From: Eledone cirrhosa
Lineage: Eukaryota
Reading direction: 5' to 3'
Assembly: GCA_964016885.1 (NCBI GenBank)
Contig: OZ024745.1
Span: 50,840,001-50,904,000 of the forward strand
DNA length: 64,000 nt
Shown here: positions 26,470 to 40,453 of the stretch, piece after piece
How positions within the stretch are numbered: position 1 is the stretch's first letter
Layout: the number at the start of each line of letters is the position of its first letter
Program-made: the position numbers and the translations under genes
The notes under the pieces: generated by a model
What the model was told of the DNA's origin: nothing
The model's database searches: none
Seen by the model: the letters and a program-made list of their open reading frames with translations, nothing else

Positions 26470-27460
26470 TAAATGTTTACCAATAGAGAGAGAGAGTCGG
26501 TTTCTAACAAAGACAAAAAGCTCTCTCATTGGAATTTAAACAACATCAGCTAGGTAGATATTTATGCATGCATGTGTGTGCAGGTATGGATGTTAATGTA
26601 TGTGTGGATGTGAATGTTTTGAGTTATATGTGTGCTTGTGCATATGCTTTGTATCTGTACATGTGTATATGCAGCTATTAGATGCAGAATTTTTGGAATA
26701 TTTTACATATATTTTCTGTTCCATTAATGGATTCTACTTGTAATTTGTACTGAGGCAGTTACTAACATATCCCAATACCCCAATAATCACATGTATAAAT
26801 CTGAAGGTATAGTCAGGGTGGAGTATCTGCAGATTTCTCATTAGTTCTGCATAGATATTCTCCTTTACGCTGATCTTTAATATTATATTGTATGTATGTA
26901 TGTATGTATGTATGTATGTATGTATGTATGTATGTATGTATGTATGTATGTATGTATGTATGTATGTATGTATGTATCAGAGTTTTCCTTCTCCAAGAAT
27001 TCTGCCTTGACAAAGGCTAAGGGGTCATCTCTCCCGGTGATTTGGATGGCCATTGACTCTTAAGAGCTCCTTTGCCCTTTGAATTCTAGGAGAAGGAAAA
27101 CTCTGATATAACACCTGCAACCCTGATGGTATCCAATGATGTTGACTTGTTCTTCTTTTTGGTAAATATCATCTTGGTTAAGAGAGTGGGACTGGCTTTG
27201 TGCAGTGCCTTTGCTCACTATAAAAGCTTCATGGCACAGGCATTGCTTTATATCTGGAGATCTCTCTGCACTTGTCCTCACATGGTACCATGGGCCCAGC
27301 ACTATGTGTCAATAATTGTCACAAGTGTAGTGTTTGTACCAGAGTCTTCAAGTCGCTGGCTGGACTAAAAAGTCACACTCGTTCAGCGCATCGGTAGGGG
27401 GTTCTCCTACATGGATATAAAGTAGTGGCCGTACTCGAAACGAGTTGGCAGCCACCATGT
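26470..27460. mobile_element. Second copy of the R4-like fragment + RTE-related element composite (gene A intron 2)
   Basis: High similarity to 15095-15560 and 15920-16290. Confidence 0.75.
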
Positions 27461-27725
27461 GTGTATGTATGTATGTATGTATGTATGTATGTATGTATGT
27501 ATGTATGTATGTATGTATGTGTATGTGTGTGTGTGTGTGTGTGTGCGTGCGTGTGTGTGTGTGTGCGCGTGTGTGTGTGTGTGTGTCTGTCTGTCTGTCT
27601 GTCTGTATATATGTATGTATATATGTATGTATTTACATATGTATGCATGTAAATATTCATCATTCTTATTTAAATGAACATCTTTTTCGTATACACCCTA
27701 ATATTCTGCCTTATATAATCTATAG

Positions 27726-27821
27726 GAAAACAGATTTCAAGATTCGGAAATAATTTCTCTTCTTAAGAAAAAAAGTCTTCCCGGATTTCCAGAGATATCA
27801 AATAATCAGACTAAAAAACAG
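27726..27821 (+). CDS. Gene A exon 3 (ENRFQDSEIISLLKKKSLPGFPEISNNQTKKQ)
   Basis: TATAG acceptor and CAG|GTAAAA donor, 96 nt, phase 0-0. Same length and RFxD start as gene B exon 3. Confidence 0.8.
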
Positions 27822-28066
27822 GTAAAATACTATCTCTATTTCACCGACATAATCTATATTTCAATATACGTTTGCGATCCGGAAATGGCTATTAAAATCA
27901 CTTCTTTTAACTTTATAACTTTCATAAAACATAAACATTACATGATCTTATTCCATCTTATTTTACATTGTGGTCTTGTATGTATATATATAATAATTTC
28001 TTATTATACAATGTATAAAAAGAAAATAGACATTAATATAAATCTATTTATATATATCTTTAACAG

Positions 28067-28384
28067 AATGAAAGCCTTTGGCATACGGATGCTTTCCTGA
28101 AACTATCAAAAGCAGCAGTGTTTCTGGATCAGATACACAAAGAAGAAGATAGAAGAATGAAGCATGGCCTAGAAGACTTAATATTTGACAATTTATCAGT
28201 GCTCTGTTATCTTCAATTGTGGCTTTATGATACTGGTGCATACCAACCTGTTGCGGTATATCGTTCCATTATGACAGCTGATCAACGTGACATTATGAAT
28301 AAATTTAAACGATACACAAGAGACTATATAGTAATTGTTAAATATGAAGAGCTAATCCGTCAGTATGTAAATTATTCCTATTAG
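28067..28384 (+). CDS. Gene A exon 4 (terminal)
   Basis: TTTAACAG acceptor. Encodes NESLWHTDAFLKLSKAAVFLDQ...LEDLIFDNLSVLC...VYRSIM...KRYTRDYIVIVKYE...YSY*. AATAAA signals at ~28490 and ~28528. Confidence 0.88.
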   Translation, partial: NESLWHTDAFLKLSKAAVFLDQIHKEEDRRMKHGLEDLIFDNLSVLCYLQLWLYDTGAYQPVAVYRSIMTADQRDIMNKFKRYTRDYIVIVKYEELIRQYVNYSY

Positions 28385-28462
28385 ATATTGCTTTATTTTA
28401 TATTCACCTCAAATTCAAGTAAGAATGTCTAAATGGTAGGATTATATTAATCTAAAATATAT

Positions 28463-28537
28463 TTTTATACTTATGTGACATTGCAAAATATAATAAATTT
28501 TTATACTTATGTGACATTGCAAAATATAATAAATTTT
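28463..28537. repeat. Tandem duplication of ~37 bp in the gene A 3' UTR that duplicates a poly(A) signal
   Basis: TTTTATACTTATGTGACATTGCAAAATATAATAAAT occurs twice. Confidence 0.85.
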
Positions 28538-30549
28538 ACATATAACACACAGTAAGTTTGTCATTGTATTTTGAACTTTTGTTATGTTATACTATTATAT
28601 ATATGTCCACAAAGCATTTCATTTACATGGGACAAAGATTAAATATTTATATCCATATATCTAATTTTATATGAAAAACTTAAATTAAATGATATAATAA
28701 TTTAAAACAAGAACAACAACCCAATCACGAACAGGCAACCTGTTACAGCACGAGCAAACAACATCACCGGCACATCTCTTTCCTAAACTCACTCACACTG
28801 ACGTAGAGAACGCATCACTCCTAAAACAGGGAAGTATACGGAATTAATATTGAATCATGGCACCAGACACGCTCTTTCTCCCAGACAGGGTTATGACTCG
28901 GAAATAAAGAATCCCCATAACTTATAAGTATTTTAATAGGTAAACGAAAAAAGTTGACAACCCGACAAAAAAAAAAAAAAAAAAAAAAATTCGGGATCTT
29001 TTTGGCGTTATGCACAAATGAGGAAAATGCCTACAGACTTTTCACTATTTTGTCTATTTCTTATGACTGGCTCCACCCCAGCATCTTAAATAGAGAGACG
29101 TCTAAGGAACATTGCAAGGCATCGGGTCGCAATCCATATTGACACCAGTTACATCAAGGTTGTAATGGAAAAAAATGAAGTGGTTGACACAAAATTAACC
29201 TCCACTCCAAGCTGGCTAGTGGTTCATTTGGAGCTACAAATGTTGCTTACCACTGTAAACTTTCAATCGTATACAAATGAGAATTGTAGTGGAGGGTAGA
29301 AGACCCAGGTATGTTTTGCATGGTAGCATCCAACGTTCAAAATATTTTCCTCCTCAAAACACAGGCATTGAAAACCCTTTTTGTTACCAAAACCACACCC
29401 ACATGTCAACGGTATCAAGAACAATAGAAACAACAACAAAAAAGCCCCAAAATAACAACAAAATAAACACCACCACTAACAATAGCAGTGTGAAAACACA
29501 CCAGCAGAAGCAGTAGCAACTGCTCCAACAAAAGTAACAGCAGCAACAACAGTGGAGGAGGCAGGAGTAACAATAGTAGCAGTGACAATAGTACCTGCAG
29601 CGAGATTAGGAATAGAAAACTTAAAAATTAAACAAACAAAACGGCAAGAGAAAGTTCCAATAACAACCAACAAACGAAAAACCATTCTTCCCCTACCCAT
29701 CTCTCTATCTCTTTCACCATATATTACCAGACATAATTCTACAATCCCCAACTTCTAATCTGGCGGACACCGAAACATTATAGTCCAAGTCCATCGCAAG
29801 AGGAAAAAGAAAAGAAAAAAAAAAGACAATATAACTTCTTTAAGATTGAAGACGTAGGAGTTAAAGGAGTGTTTGTTATCCTCTCAGCAAGCCTCACTCC
29901 AAAATTAACACCATAAATATCATAAATACCACAATAACATCCAAACCGACAAGCAGAAAGAAAGAATTCAGAGACAGACATAAGTAAAAGTATAAATAAC
30001 AACAACGATAACCAAACACACACACAGAATAAGTCAACTTCACTGTCGTAGACAAATTCAACGTGGAGTTGATGAGGTATAAAAGAGAGAACGAACAAAA
30101 ATAACAAGGAAGAGAGCTTCGAGAAGCCATTCTCCAGACTACCAGATTATAGGCTTTGCATAAAAGCTCCGAAATACACAAAAGGATAGCTAAAGGATGT
30201 AGGGATGGATTTATAAACAGAGGTGACAAGATCAATTAAAAGTTCCGTCCCACTATTTATCACAACTGAATTTGTTGAATGACATCTTAGATGCACGCTT
30301 GGATTGTGTGTTGTTAGGCGAAAGGCAAAAGGGTGCAAAAAGAAATAACGATCGAAAACAAATTACGAGGTGAGGACTAGTGAGTATTTTAAGACACACG
30401 ATTAGGAAAGTTATCGCAACAAACATGTAAGCAACGATAATGGCTCTCAATGATTTCTTACCGGCAAAATTAGAAGGTTGCGCTGTCAGAGCTACAGCTC
30501 GTGTTGTATAATACGAAGGAATGAAACCCATTCTATGAACCCGTGTGTC

Positions 30550-30970
30550 AAAGAAACGACGCAGCAACAAAACCAAAATAACAGCAGCTGAAATACGTAC
30601 AGTGGTACATAATTGTATGAGAACAGATCTCCTGGTTTGGATGGTCTGCTCCTTGAGTTTTACAGAATATGCCAGACATGTTTGGTGACAACTTGGTAGA
30701 CGTTTACAGCAATTGGCAGAAGAATAATTGTTTGATAGGAGAATTGCTGATGTGGATGCTCCATCGTTCACATTGCCAGAATGTCACCCACTCTTGTCTT
30801 CCTTTAACTCAGCACAGCAGCACCGTCAAAGAGACGTGCCTGGCAAACGGGGACCACAACTATTCACCACCTAGGAATACATGTAGATGCCGAGACCTCA
30901 GTACATCTCTACGCATCTTCAACCACTTCATAGCGGACACTTTATATACATTCTGGCAATGTGGACGATG
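30550..30970. mobile_element. Scrambled Tx1 ORF2 fragments (both orientations)
   Basis: SPGLDG.P..FY..MPDMFG on the + strand; M.WL.MRR.VLR..HL..FL.GE on the - strand. Confidence 0.6.
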
Positions 30971-31586
30971 GAACATCCACATCATCAATTCTCTCAAACA
31001 ATCACCAATGACACTGATGTGGTAGCACCATTGCAACGGACTGTAATAGCAGCAACAACACAATTAGTAGCATATCTACAGCTACCTACAACAACCACAA
31101 CATCAACTACAACATCTACAAAATCAATAACAACCACCGACGACAAAAACAAAGCCGAATGTACAAGATTAAAAAAAAGTAATATAATTAATAGTGAAGA
31201 GAATAATGGAGTAAACAGCAACAGCTGCAACAATAGTAACTCAGTAACAAATATATCGCCAAAATACCAACTTGACCATTATCACCACCATCACCCTCAT
31301 CGTCATCATCATCATCATCACCATTTCCACGACCACTATCACCATCACAACTGCCGTCGTCACCGCCATTATCGCCGCTGCTACCTCAATCAAATTAGTG
31401 TAATAGCCTCAACAGCAACGATAGAAGCAGCAGCGACAATAGTAGCTGCTGGGTAAGCAGCAGCCAGAGAGACAGAAGGAAGAAATGCAACAGGAATCTC
31501 TGTAGTCCTGCGCCACCTGGGCCATCCTTAATGTTTTTTTTTTTTTTATGTGAACCATGTGTGGCTAATACAAATTATTATTATTA

Positions 31587-31992
31587 GTGGTGGATTGGCA
31601 GTATCGGTAGAGGGTCGGACGCCATGCTTTGCAGCATAGAGTTACGGTCCTTTATGATCTGAGTTCAAATCTCGCCGAGGTTAACTTTGCCTTTCATCCT
31701 TACGCGGTCGATAAAATAAACTACCAGTAATACACTAGGATAATTGCTGGCCTTGTGCCAAAAGTAGAAACAATTATTATTAGCGGTGGATTGGCAGTAT
31801 CGGTAGAGGTTCGGACGCCATGCTTTGCAGCATAGAGTTACGGCCCTTTATGATCTGAGTTCAAATCCCGAGGTTAATTTTGCCTTTCATCCTTACGCGG
31901 TCGATAAAATAAAGTACCAGTCACGCACTGGTGTCGATTTAATCGACTTTCCCCTCCCCCAAAATTGCAGGCCTTGTGCCTATATAAGAAAC
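31587..31992 (+). mobile_element. Two tandem SINE copies
   Basis: SINE consensus at 31587-31772 and 31783-31992. Confidence 0.88.
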
Positions 31993-32004
31993 CATTATTA
32001 TTAG

Positions 32005-32500
32005 TGTTCTTCACGCACTCACCCAGTGTCCGTGCATTACTGACTTGTGAAGTTATGCCGGGCAGCTGTTGTTGCGTGTGGGACGGTTATCGTCGAGTCC
32101 CTAGTGAAAATTGCCCCACCGCCTTCTTTTGATTGGGAAGGGCAGGCAATATCCCTGTCTCGTGGCGACAGCGAAAGAAGTTGTGTGGTGGACCAGGTTG
32201 AAAGGACTGAAGAAAGACACTTTTCTCTTCGGCCAATCCCTCTTCAACTTTTTCAAGTTTCACTTGGAAAGAAGGTGAGGATGGAGAGAAAAGTGCTACC
32301 CCCCCCCCCCAGTACATTTGTTAAAATGTGGGTGAATTTGGCGAGAATGGCCCGCATGAATGGGCCTATTCTACGCATGCGCCTGTAGGCTAGTAAATTT
32401 GAGGTGGGGATGGATGCTCTTCCCGGGTGATCTTGAAGCGTCGGGTTGTTCAGGATTGGTGGGGTACCTGAGCCGCCCCGGTTAATTTTCTCCGTCTTCT
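32005..32500 (+). mobile_element. Tx1 3' fragment
   Basis: ESLVKIAPPPSF, KEVVWWTRLKGL and FVKMWVNLARMARMNGP. Confidence 0.8.
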
Positions 32501-33239
32501 TTTCTTGCACTCTTGTGTCAAATGAGGCTACATCTACAATCAGGCACGATCTTTTTTCCTAGTCAAAAACCACCAGGTCAGGCCTACTGTGTTCTAATTT
32601 TTTATCTGTCTCTATCCTGAAATCCCATAGTACCTTCACTCAATTGTTTTCTGTCACCGACTCTGCCTTATTCTCAGAATGTGGTAAATTATTTAGTTTG
32701 CATAGATGCCAGTGAATCACCTATCCTATTATATCGTGCTCCCAGCCTTTATAGTGAGTCTGGGCTAGGTGTTTACACTCGGATACGATGTGATCCACAG
32801 TTTCCTCTCTCTCTCTCCACAAATCCTACAGTGAGCTAGCCTCCTCCTTGTCAATATGGTGTTTCATCCACTTCGTTCTGAGGGCTTGCTCCTTTGCAGT
32901 CATTAGCATTCCCTCTCTAGATTTTTAAAGGTCTCCTCTTTTTTAACCAGCTCCATGTCTGTGGATCTCTGAATTCCGTTTTCTTAAAAAAAGGTTGCTA
33001 TGAAGGGATTTTTTTCCTGAAGGTTGCTCTTCTTCTTTGTTGTTACTTCCTTCTTGGATATCCTCTCGTCTATTTCTTCTCCTTTAGTACACCGTTGGGC
33101 ATCGGCTGCCTACCCAGAGACACATATTTGTGTAGACAGCTCTTCTCCATCTGAACACAGTCCTCTATGCTGATAAGACCTCTTCCACCTTCATATCTCT
33201 TTAAGTAGAGTCTATCAACATTACTCCTCTTGTGGAACA

Positions 33240-34110
33240 TAATGAAAACAGCAACGACATCACCAACAACAATGTAACCGGCAACAGCAACACAACATGA
33301 ACATCAACAAGAATTCTTTCGCTGCTGCAGCAGCCAAAAAAAAAAAAAAAAATGGCCATGCTTTAACATGGACCTCGCTAAAAAGAGAAAAAAATGCTCC
33401 AAGCATGGAAGCTCATAAAACAGGAACAAATCTGGGCCAACTTAACCGCCCCGACAGAGGCCATAGAAGCGGTGGAGAGGAAAACGGTGGTCTTTAGATG
33501 CATTTCGGTGCAGACTAAAAAAGTTGCCATCATTCCCCAAGCAGAAGACAAAGCTGCTCTGAGATACATCAGAGATGACACCGAGTACATAGCGAGGGGC
33601 AGACAATACGGCACCATCTCGGTGCTGTTGACGTCAGACGCCCTCGATGTGAAACACTCGTTGACCCCTTGCAGAACCAGCAAGGTCCTCATGTACCCAT
33701 CCCATATTGGATTCCACCAGCACTAGACTTGTGGTGGCTCCTGGGATGCGTGATTGTCGAGGGGACAGAAGCCGTCACGATTGAGGTGACCAGAACAGCC
33801 AGGGAGGACTGGTCTGGGGTTGACATGGAGATATTTCTCCAGATCAGGCCTGATGACCTGAGAAAAATCCCGGCCTACATCTGTCTCCGAGGGCAAAAGG
33901 CTGCACTGTTTCGTCTGCGAACCTTCTGCCCTCAGCTCAAAAATGCAAGGGGTCATAAGCCTCCACTGCTACCGACGCTGGGGCGGGGACCACTACCAAC
34001 ACCAGCACCGGCTACACCACCAGCAGCAACACCAACGGAAATGCTACCACCAACTTTAGTGACCCAGGGGGAAAACGAAGAAGGCTCTCATATTCATCCC
34101 CCCCTCTAAA
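33240..34110 (+). mobile_element. Tx1 ORF1-like remnant
   Basis: SFAAAA motif and REDWSGVDMEIFLQI resemble ORF1 of the 6775-11600 element (RENWSGIGMQMLIQ). Confidence 0.55.
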
Positions 34111-34229
34111 TACACATATTGGCACAAACACACACAAATACACAGCCAGATTTACAGACACAGATAGCTGGAAGACGAGGGAAAACATGATGATGGTCAT
34201 GATGACAGAATGATGATGATGATAATGAT

Positions 34230-34683
34230 AATGATAACGGAAAAATTGCAGATGTCTCTCATATCTCGACCTGCTAGTGAGTGTGGTCGATTACCCTTCT
34301 CAACCTGAAGCTTACCGACTTAAATGTGTATAAGGCTGCAGATTATTCAGCACATAAAACTATTTTCAAATTAACAATAATATAGTTGATAAGTTTGAAA
34401 TAAATAAAGGAAATATTATTTCAGTTTCCGCAATAACATCAAAAGGACAGCAATATATTGTCTCCCGAAAAAAGTATGTTGCTGAAAAGTTAGCTTCGTT
34501 TTTGTTTCATGTTTAAATCCAATTTCATAACTTGAAATGGGCTATCTCTAAATTTGAAACAGTGGCACAAAAGACTGAATATTGAACTATACAAACACAG
34601 TTGTTGTAGACTCAGTGAAAAGAAATTTGAACACTTCCATATTTAATACATTATAACACCGCGGGTCAAGATTAAATAGAAGA
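34230..34683 (+). promoter_or_regulatory. Putative promoter/5' UTR of gene B (duplicate of 22915-23344)
   Basis: Colinear similarity to the gene A upstream region, e.g. TGAACTATACAAACACAGTTGTTGTA and CAGTGAAAAGAAAT.TGAACACTTC. Confidence 0.65.
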
Positions 34684-34705
34684 ATGAAGTATGATATATC
34701 GAAAG
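34684..34705 (+). CDS. Gene B probable exon 1 (MKYDISK+G)
   Basis: AGAATG...GAAAG|GTATG, 22 nt, phase 1, same layout as gene A exon 1. Frame-compatible with the exon at 52040 across a 17.3-kb intron; the link is inferred. Confidence 0.6.
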
Positions 34706-35023
34706 GTATGTTGTAATAATTAAAGAAAATTATGCTAACCCTATGTCAACTGATTTCTCTGTTTCGTCATCTCTTTCCTCCTCCTCCCCATCATTCGCTG
34801 AGGCTACGGCATCGTCAGATATTTTTAAATGGGGAACAGGTGTGACCATTGTTTGTGAGACAGGCCGTTCCGCAGCTCGACTATTTGACTGTGCTGCAGT
34901 CCTATGTCAAAAAGTGACCGAGACTAGGCACCTAGCATTTGGAATGTTGCCAGGCGCTCATTTCCCTCTACCAGGCGGGCCATGTCGTCGTCAGTGGAAC
35001 TTCCACTTACGGGTTCTATAGAG

Positions 35024-35236
35024 CAAGAATGTCAAACTAAGCCCCCCCCCCCCCCGGGCCACATGGGTCACATATGTGTTATCTGAGGGCCACACATGAC
35101 AACTAATTGCGCACATTACAACTCATTTTTTATTTTATTTTATATTACGCTCGCGCTGTAAAAATCCTTATGTGGGCCGCAGGTGTAGTTGTAAAGGGCC
35201 GCATGTGGCCTGCCTGCCGCATGTTTGACATGCCTG
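35024..35236. mobile_element. hAT (Charlie-like) MITE
   Basis: TIRs CAAGAATGTCAAAC / GTTTGACATGCCTG; 8-bp TSD CTATAGAG at 35016-35023 and 35237-35244. Confidence 0.8.
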
Positions 35237-35269
35237 CTATAGAGGATAAGTGGTGGGCAAGTGAGATGA

Positions 35270-36420
35270 TGTACTCGGAGAGGCTCGGAGCGTCGATGAA
35301 GTCGAACTGACCATCTGTTCTGGAGGACTTTCAAGCCGGGGACTATGGATATCTTCCAGAAATCCCTCATTTTGTAGTGCTACCGGGCGGCACTGCCGGG
35401 TCGAGATAAATTCTACAGGCATGAACGTGCTGTCAGACCGACCTACCAGAGATGCGCACAGAGCGACGAAACCGTTCTGCACGCACTCGTCTAATGTCCG
35501 TGCATTATTGACTTATAACGTCACTTTTTGACATAGGACTGCAGCACAGTCAAATAGTCGAGCTGCGGAACGGCCTGTCTCACAAACAATGGTCACACCT
35601 GTTCCCCATTTAAAAATATAAGGGCGGTGGGTTGGCAGTATCGGTAGAGGGTCGGACGCCATGCTTTCCAGCATAGTTACGTCCCTTTACGATCTGAGTT
35701 CAAATCCCGCCGAGGTTGACTTTGCCTTTCATCCTTACGGGGTCGATAAAATAAAGTACCAGTAATGCACTGGGTAATTGCTGGCTTTGTGCCAAAAGTA
35801 GAAACAATTATTGACTTATAACGTTATATCGGACAGCTGTTGTCGCATGTAGAACGAATCCGGGTATCGACCGTGTCCATAGTGAAGATCACCCCGCCAC
35901 CTTCTTTTTGCCGGGAAGAGCAGGCAATATTCCTCTGTTTGGTGGCGGTAGCGAAAGAGGTTGTATGCTGGACCACGTTGAAAGGACTGAAGGCAGACAC
36001 TTTTATCTTCGGCCAATCCCTCATCTTTTTCAAGCTGGAAAGGAAGGTGAGTGTGGAGAGAGAAGTGCTTCCCCCGCTTCCCAGTACATTTGTTAAAATG
36101 TGGGTGAATGTGGCGAGAATTGCCCGTGTGAATGGGCTTACTCTGAAAATGGCCTGTAGGCTGCTTAATTTGAGAGGGAGGGGGTGCGCTTCCCGGATGC
36201 CCTTGAGGCGTCGGGTTGTTTAGGATTGGTGGGGTATCTGAGCTGCCTTGAGTGGTTGCACCACCCTATTGGGGAATTTATTTTGTTATATTCTTATATA
36301 TTCTATATTTTTGTATAATTTTATATATGTTCATTGTTAATTGTTTTTGTTATTGTGTATTTTTACTCGATTTTATTGTAACCACCACCGTCCCTGTCTT
36401 TGTACTACCTATTCCTTTAT
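35270..36420 (+). mobile_element. Tx1 3' remnant interrupted by a composite insertion (35520-35806)
   Basis: FQKSL..CYRAALP, DETVLHALV, KEVVCWTTLKGLK and FVKMWVNVAR. Confidence 0.75.
35622..35806 (+). mobile_element. SINE, young copy
   Basis: Full SINE consensus; part of an insertion flanked by an 18-bp TSD. Confidence 0.9.
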
Positions 36421-36558
36421 TTCTTCATGATTTATTCCATCGGCTTCTAATATTCCAAGATTTTCCAATATTCCTTCTTTGATGCATTTCATCATGTTAC
36501 CATCTGGCATCGCAATTCTCCCCGAAAATTTTTCCCCCAACTTCAAAACCAGCACGGC

Positions 36559-36935
36559 TCATTTTGACGAACCAAATTCCATCTTGATATCATCTGAAAA
36601 TATTCTAATGGCATTTACCAAGCTGTCTATTTGATCTTCACTTTTCGCAAACAATTTAAGATCGTTCATGTAAAGAAAGTGATTGACCCTTTCTCCTCCC
36701 TTCTTTAGTACATAAAATATCGTTGTCTTTCTCAACACCAGTGTCAATGCAATCATCGGTACTACAAATAACAATGGTGACAAACTATCTCCTTTGAATA
36801 TCCCACGTCTTATCTTCACATTACCTTGACAGCGACTAGTTCAGTATTCCACTGTTTCATACTCTCCGTAATGAACTCTCATATTTATTTCCACTCCACA
36901 CATTTTCATTGATTTTTCAATCCAACTGGGAGGCA
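36559..36935 (-). mobile_element. R4/Dong-like RT fragment
   Basis: IRRGIFKGDSLSPLLF...HFLYMNDLKLFAKS...IKMEFG..K. Confidence 0.75.
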
Positions 36936-36936
36936 A

Positions 36937-37298
36937 TATATCACACCTCTGAATTAAAAATATATCACACACCTCTGAGTTAAAAATATATCATACACCT
37001 CTGAGTTAAAAATATATCATACACCTGTGAGTTAAAAATATATCATACACCTCTGAGTTAAAAATATATCATACACCTGTGAGTTAAAAATATATCATAC
37101 ACCTCTGAATTAAAAATATATCATACACCGCTGAGTTAAAAATATATCATACAGCTCTGAGTTAAAAATATATCATACACCTCTGAGTTAAAAATATATC
37201 ATACACCTCTGAATTAAAAATATATCATACACCTGTGAGTTAAAAATATATCATACACCTCTGAGTTACAAATATATCATACACCTCTGAGTTAAAAA
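36937..37298. repeat. 26-bp minisatellite (ATATCATACACCTCTGAGTTAAAAAT)n, ~14 units
   Basis: Period of 26 seen directly. Confidence 0.92.
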
Positions 37299-37408
37299 TT
37301 TCGGAACTGCGTATTCTGCATTCTTAGCAAATTCCTGGGTTAATCCAATCGAAGATAATCTTTCCCAATACATTCCTATTCTTGCAGCGAATTATGATAT
37401 AATTATTA

Positions 37409-37592
37409 CGGTGAATTGGCAGTATCGGTAGAGGGTTGGACGCCATGCTTTCTAGCATAGTTACGTCCTTTTACAGTTTGAGTTCAAATCCTGCCGAGGT
37501 TAACTTTGCCTTTCATCCTTACGGGGTCGATAAAATAAAGTACCAGTAATGTACTGGGTAATTTGCTGGCCTTGTGCCTAAAGTAGAAACAA
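37409..37592 (+). mobile_element. SINE
   Basis: SINE consensus. Confidence 0.85.
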
Positions 37593-37854
37593 TTATTAAT
37601 GGTAATAGTTTCAATTACTATTTAGTCTATTTTACAATTCTGAGACATTGTGTGGGAAATAATAAATAATTTATATAATTATGCTTACAATTATGCTTTG
37701 GCATATTTGAAAACAGGCAAGAAAATATATCTGGACGGTAAATAGGATTGTAATCCAATTTCCTGAGAGTTATTTCCCCTGAAATACTTTTCGGTATTAC
37801 TGTCTCATTTATTCCCCTTTTATATTATTCTCTTGAACCGAAAATCAGCTTTGG

Positions 37855-38403
37855 GACTCTTTCGGCCTCCACCCGCTTTCCTGTCGCCACAGTGCCGGCC
37901 GCATTCCACGCCATGCTGCCCTCAACGAGGTCATTAAGCATGGCTTGGACGCTGCAGGCTTCCCTTCCCAGCTCGAGCCGGTGGGGCTGGATCGAGGGGA
38001 CGGCAAAAGGCCAGATGGCATGACCATCTTCCCGTTCCGCGGTGGTAAACTCCTCGTCTGGGATGCCACTTGCACCGACACTTTCTGCAGCCGCAACCTG
38101 GTGCAGTCTGCGATTGACCCAGGTTCTGCTGCACGTCTGGCTGAGGGGGCCAAACTCCTGAAATACCGGTCGCTCTCCGACAGGTTTGCGGTCGTACCCC
38201 TGGCAGTGGAGACTTCTGGTATCCTCGGCCCCAGGGCTACCTCCTTACTCACCACCATAGGCGCTGAGCTGGCCAGCCGCAGGTGTGAGCCCCGCGAGTT
38301 GGAGTGGGTTTTCCAGCGCGTCTCCTTTGCCGTCCTCCGGAGAAACGCTTTCTCCATTCTGTCCGCAGGGGCCGTGGGTGGGCCCCATCGCGTACCGTTG
38401 TAG
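37855..38403 (+). mobile_element. CRE-clade-like LINE 3' end (REL endonuclease)
   Basis: RHAALNEVIKHGL...GKRPDGMT...LVWDATC...AE..K..KY..L..RF.VVPLAVETSG.LGP...RRNA. Confidence 0.8.
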
Positions 38404-38593
38404 TTGTTGTATACAGATATTAACTCATCAATCCCATTGTCCTAACTTAAACTGCTTATTTCACCATTGAGAAGAATTAAACAATATTTCTCGTGTATTT
38501 TAAGACATTTTTGTCAATAAAAACACATTGAATTCTAAAAAAAAAAAAAAAAAAAAATCAAGTCTTTTCGTTGTTTTTTTTTCTTCTTCGTTA

Positions 38594-39888
<1,295 letters not shown>

Positions 39889-39912
39889 TATATTATATCT
39901 AGAACTACATTA

Positions 39913-40178
39913 TCTATATGTATAAAACTGTAGTTGTCTGTGTGTGTGTGTCCTCATTTTTGCAAAGTCTATACAAATCCACATTTCTACTCTGATTGAC
40001 TTTAAACTTGCACTTATATATTCCTTGCGGTCTAAATATATTAACTGCATCTTTTATTTTTCAATTTTCTGTTGTTAAAGGGGTGTTAGGCGCCGGGTAT
40101 CGATCTCCGTCGCGACCTTATCTGTCTGTATGCCTGGCTGTCTGCTCTTACCCGTGCAACGCCGGGATACACTGCTAG
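39913..40178 (+). mobile_element. Second, compact Helitron-like copy
   Basis: A|TC start, CCCGTGCAACGCCGGG hairpin and CTAG|T end; body similar to 38594-38880. Confidence 0.75.
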
Positions 40179-40286
40179 TCTATTGTAAATTTAAAGCGAA
40201 TAAGGCGTACTTTGGTTGCTATATTTTACTGATCTTACGACTGCGTTGTAAAATATTTCTCGAACATTTTGGTTTATAGTTTAGAG

Positions 40287-40453
40287 CAGTGGTTCCCAAA
40301 GTGGATTCCACAAAGGAGTGTCTGAGGTTCAGTAAAAAAAAGTATAGGGGTATATTTATATTACGACCAAATAACAGTATTAGATTTTGAGGTTCACCCA
40401 AAAGTTACTCAACCAAAAAGGGTTCTGTGTTTGAAAAAGTTTGGGAAACCCTT
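40287..40453. mobile_element. hAT-like MITE
   Basis: TIRs CAGTGGTTCCCAAA / TTTGGGAAACCC; near-identical 8-bp flanks GTTTAGAG / GTTTAGAC. Confidence 0.65.

Noticed and set aside
36937-37298. Regular 26-bp repeats resembling a CRISPR array
   Set aside because: Head-to-tail units without unique spacers in a eukaryotic context; this is a minisatellite.
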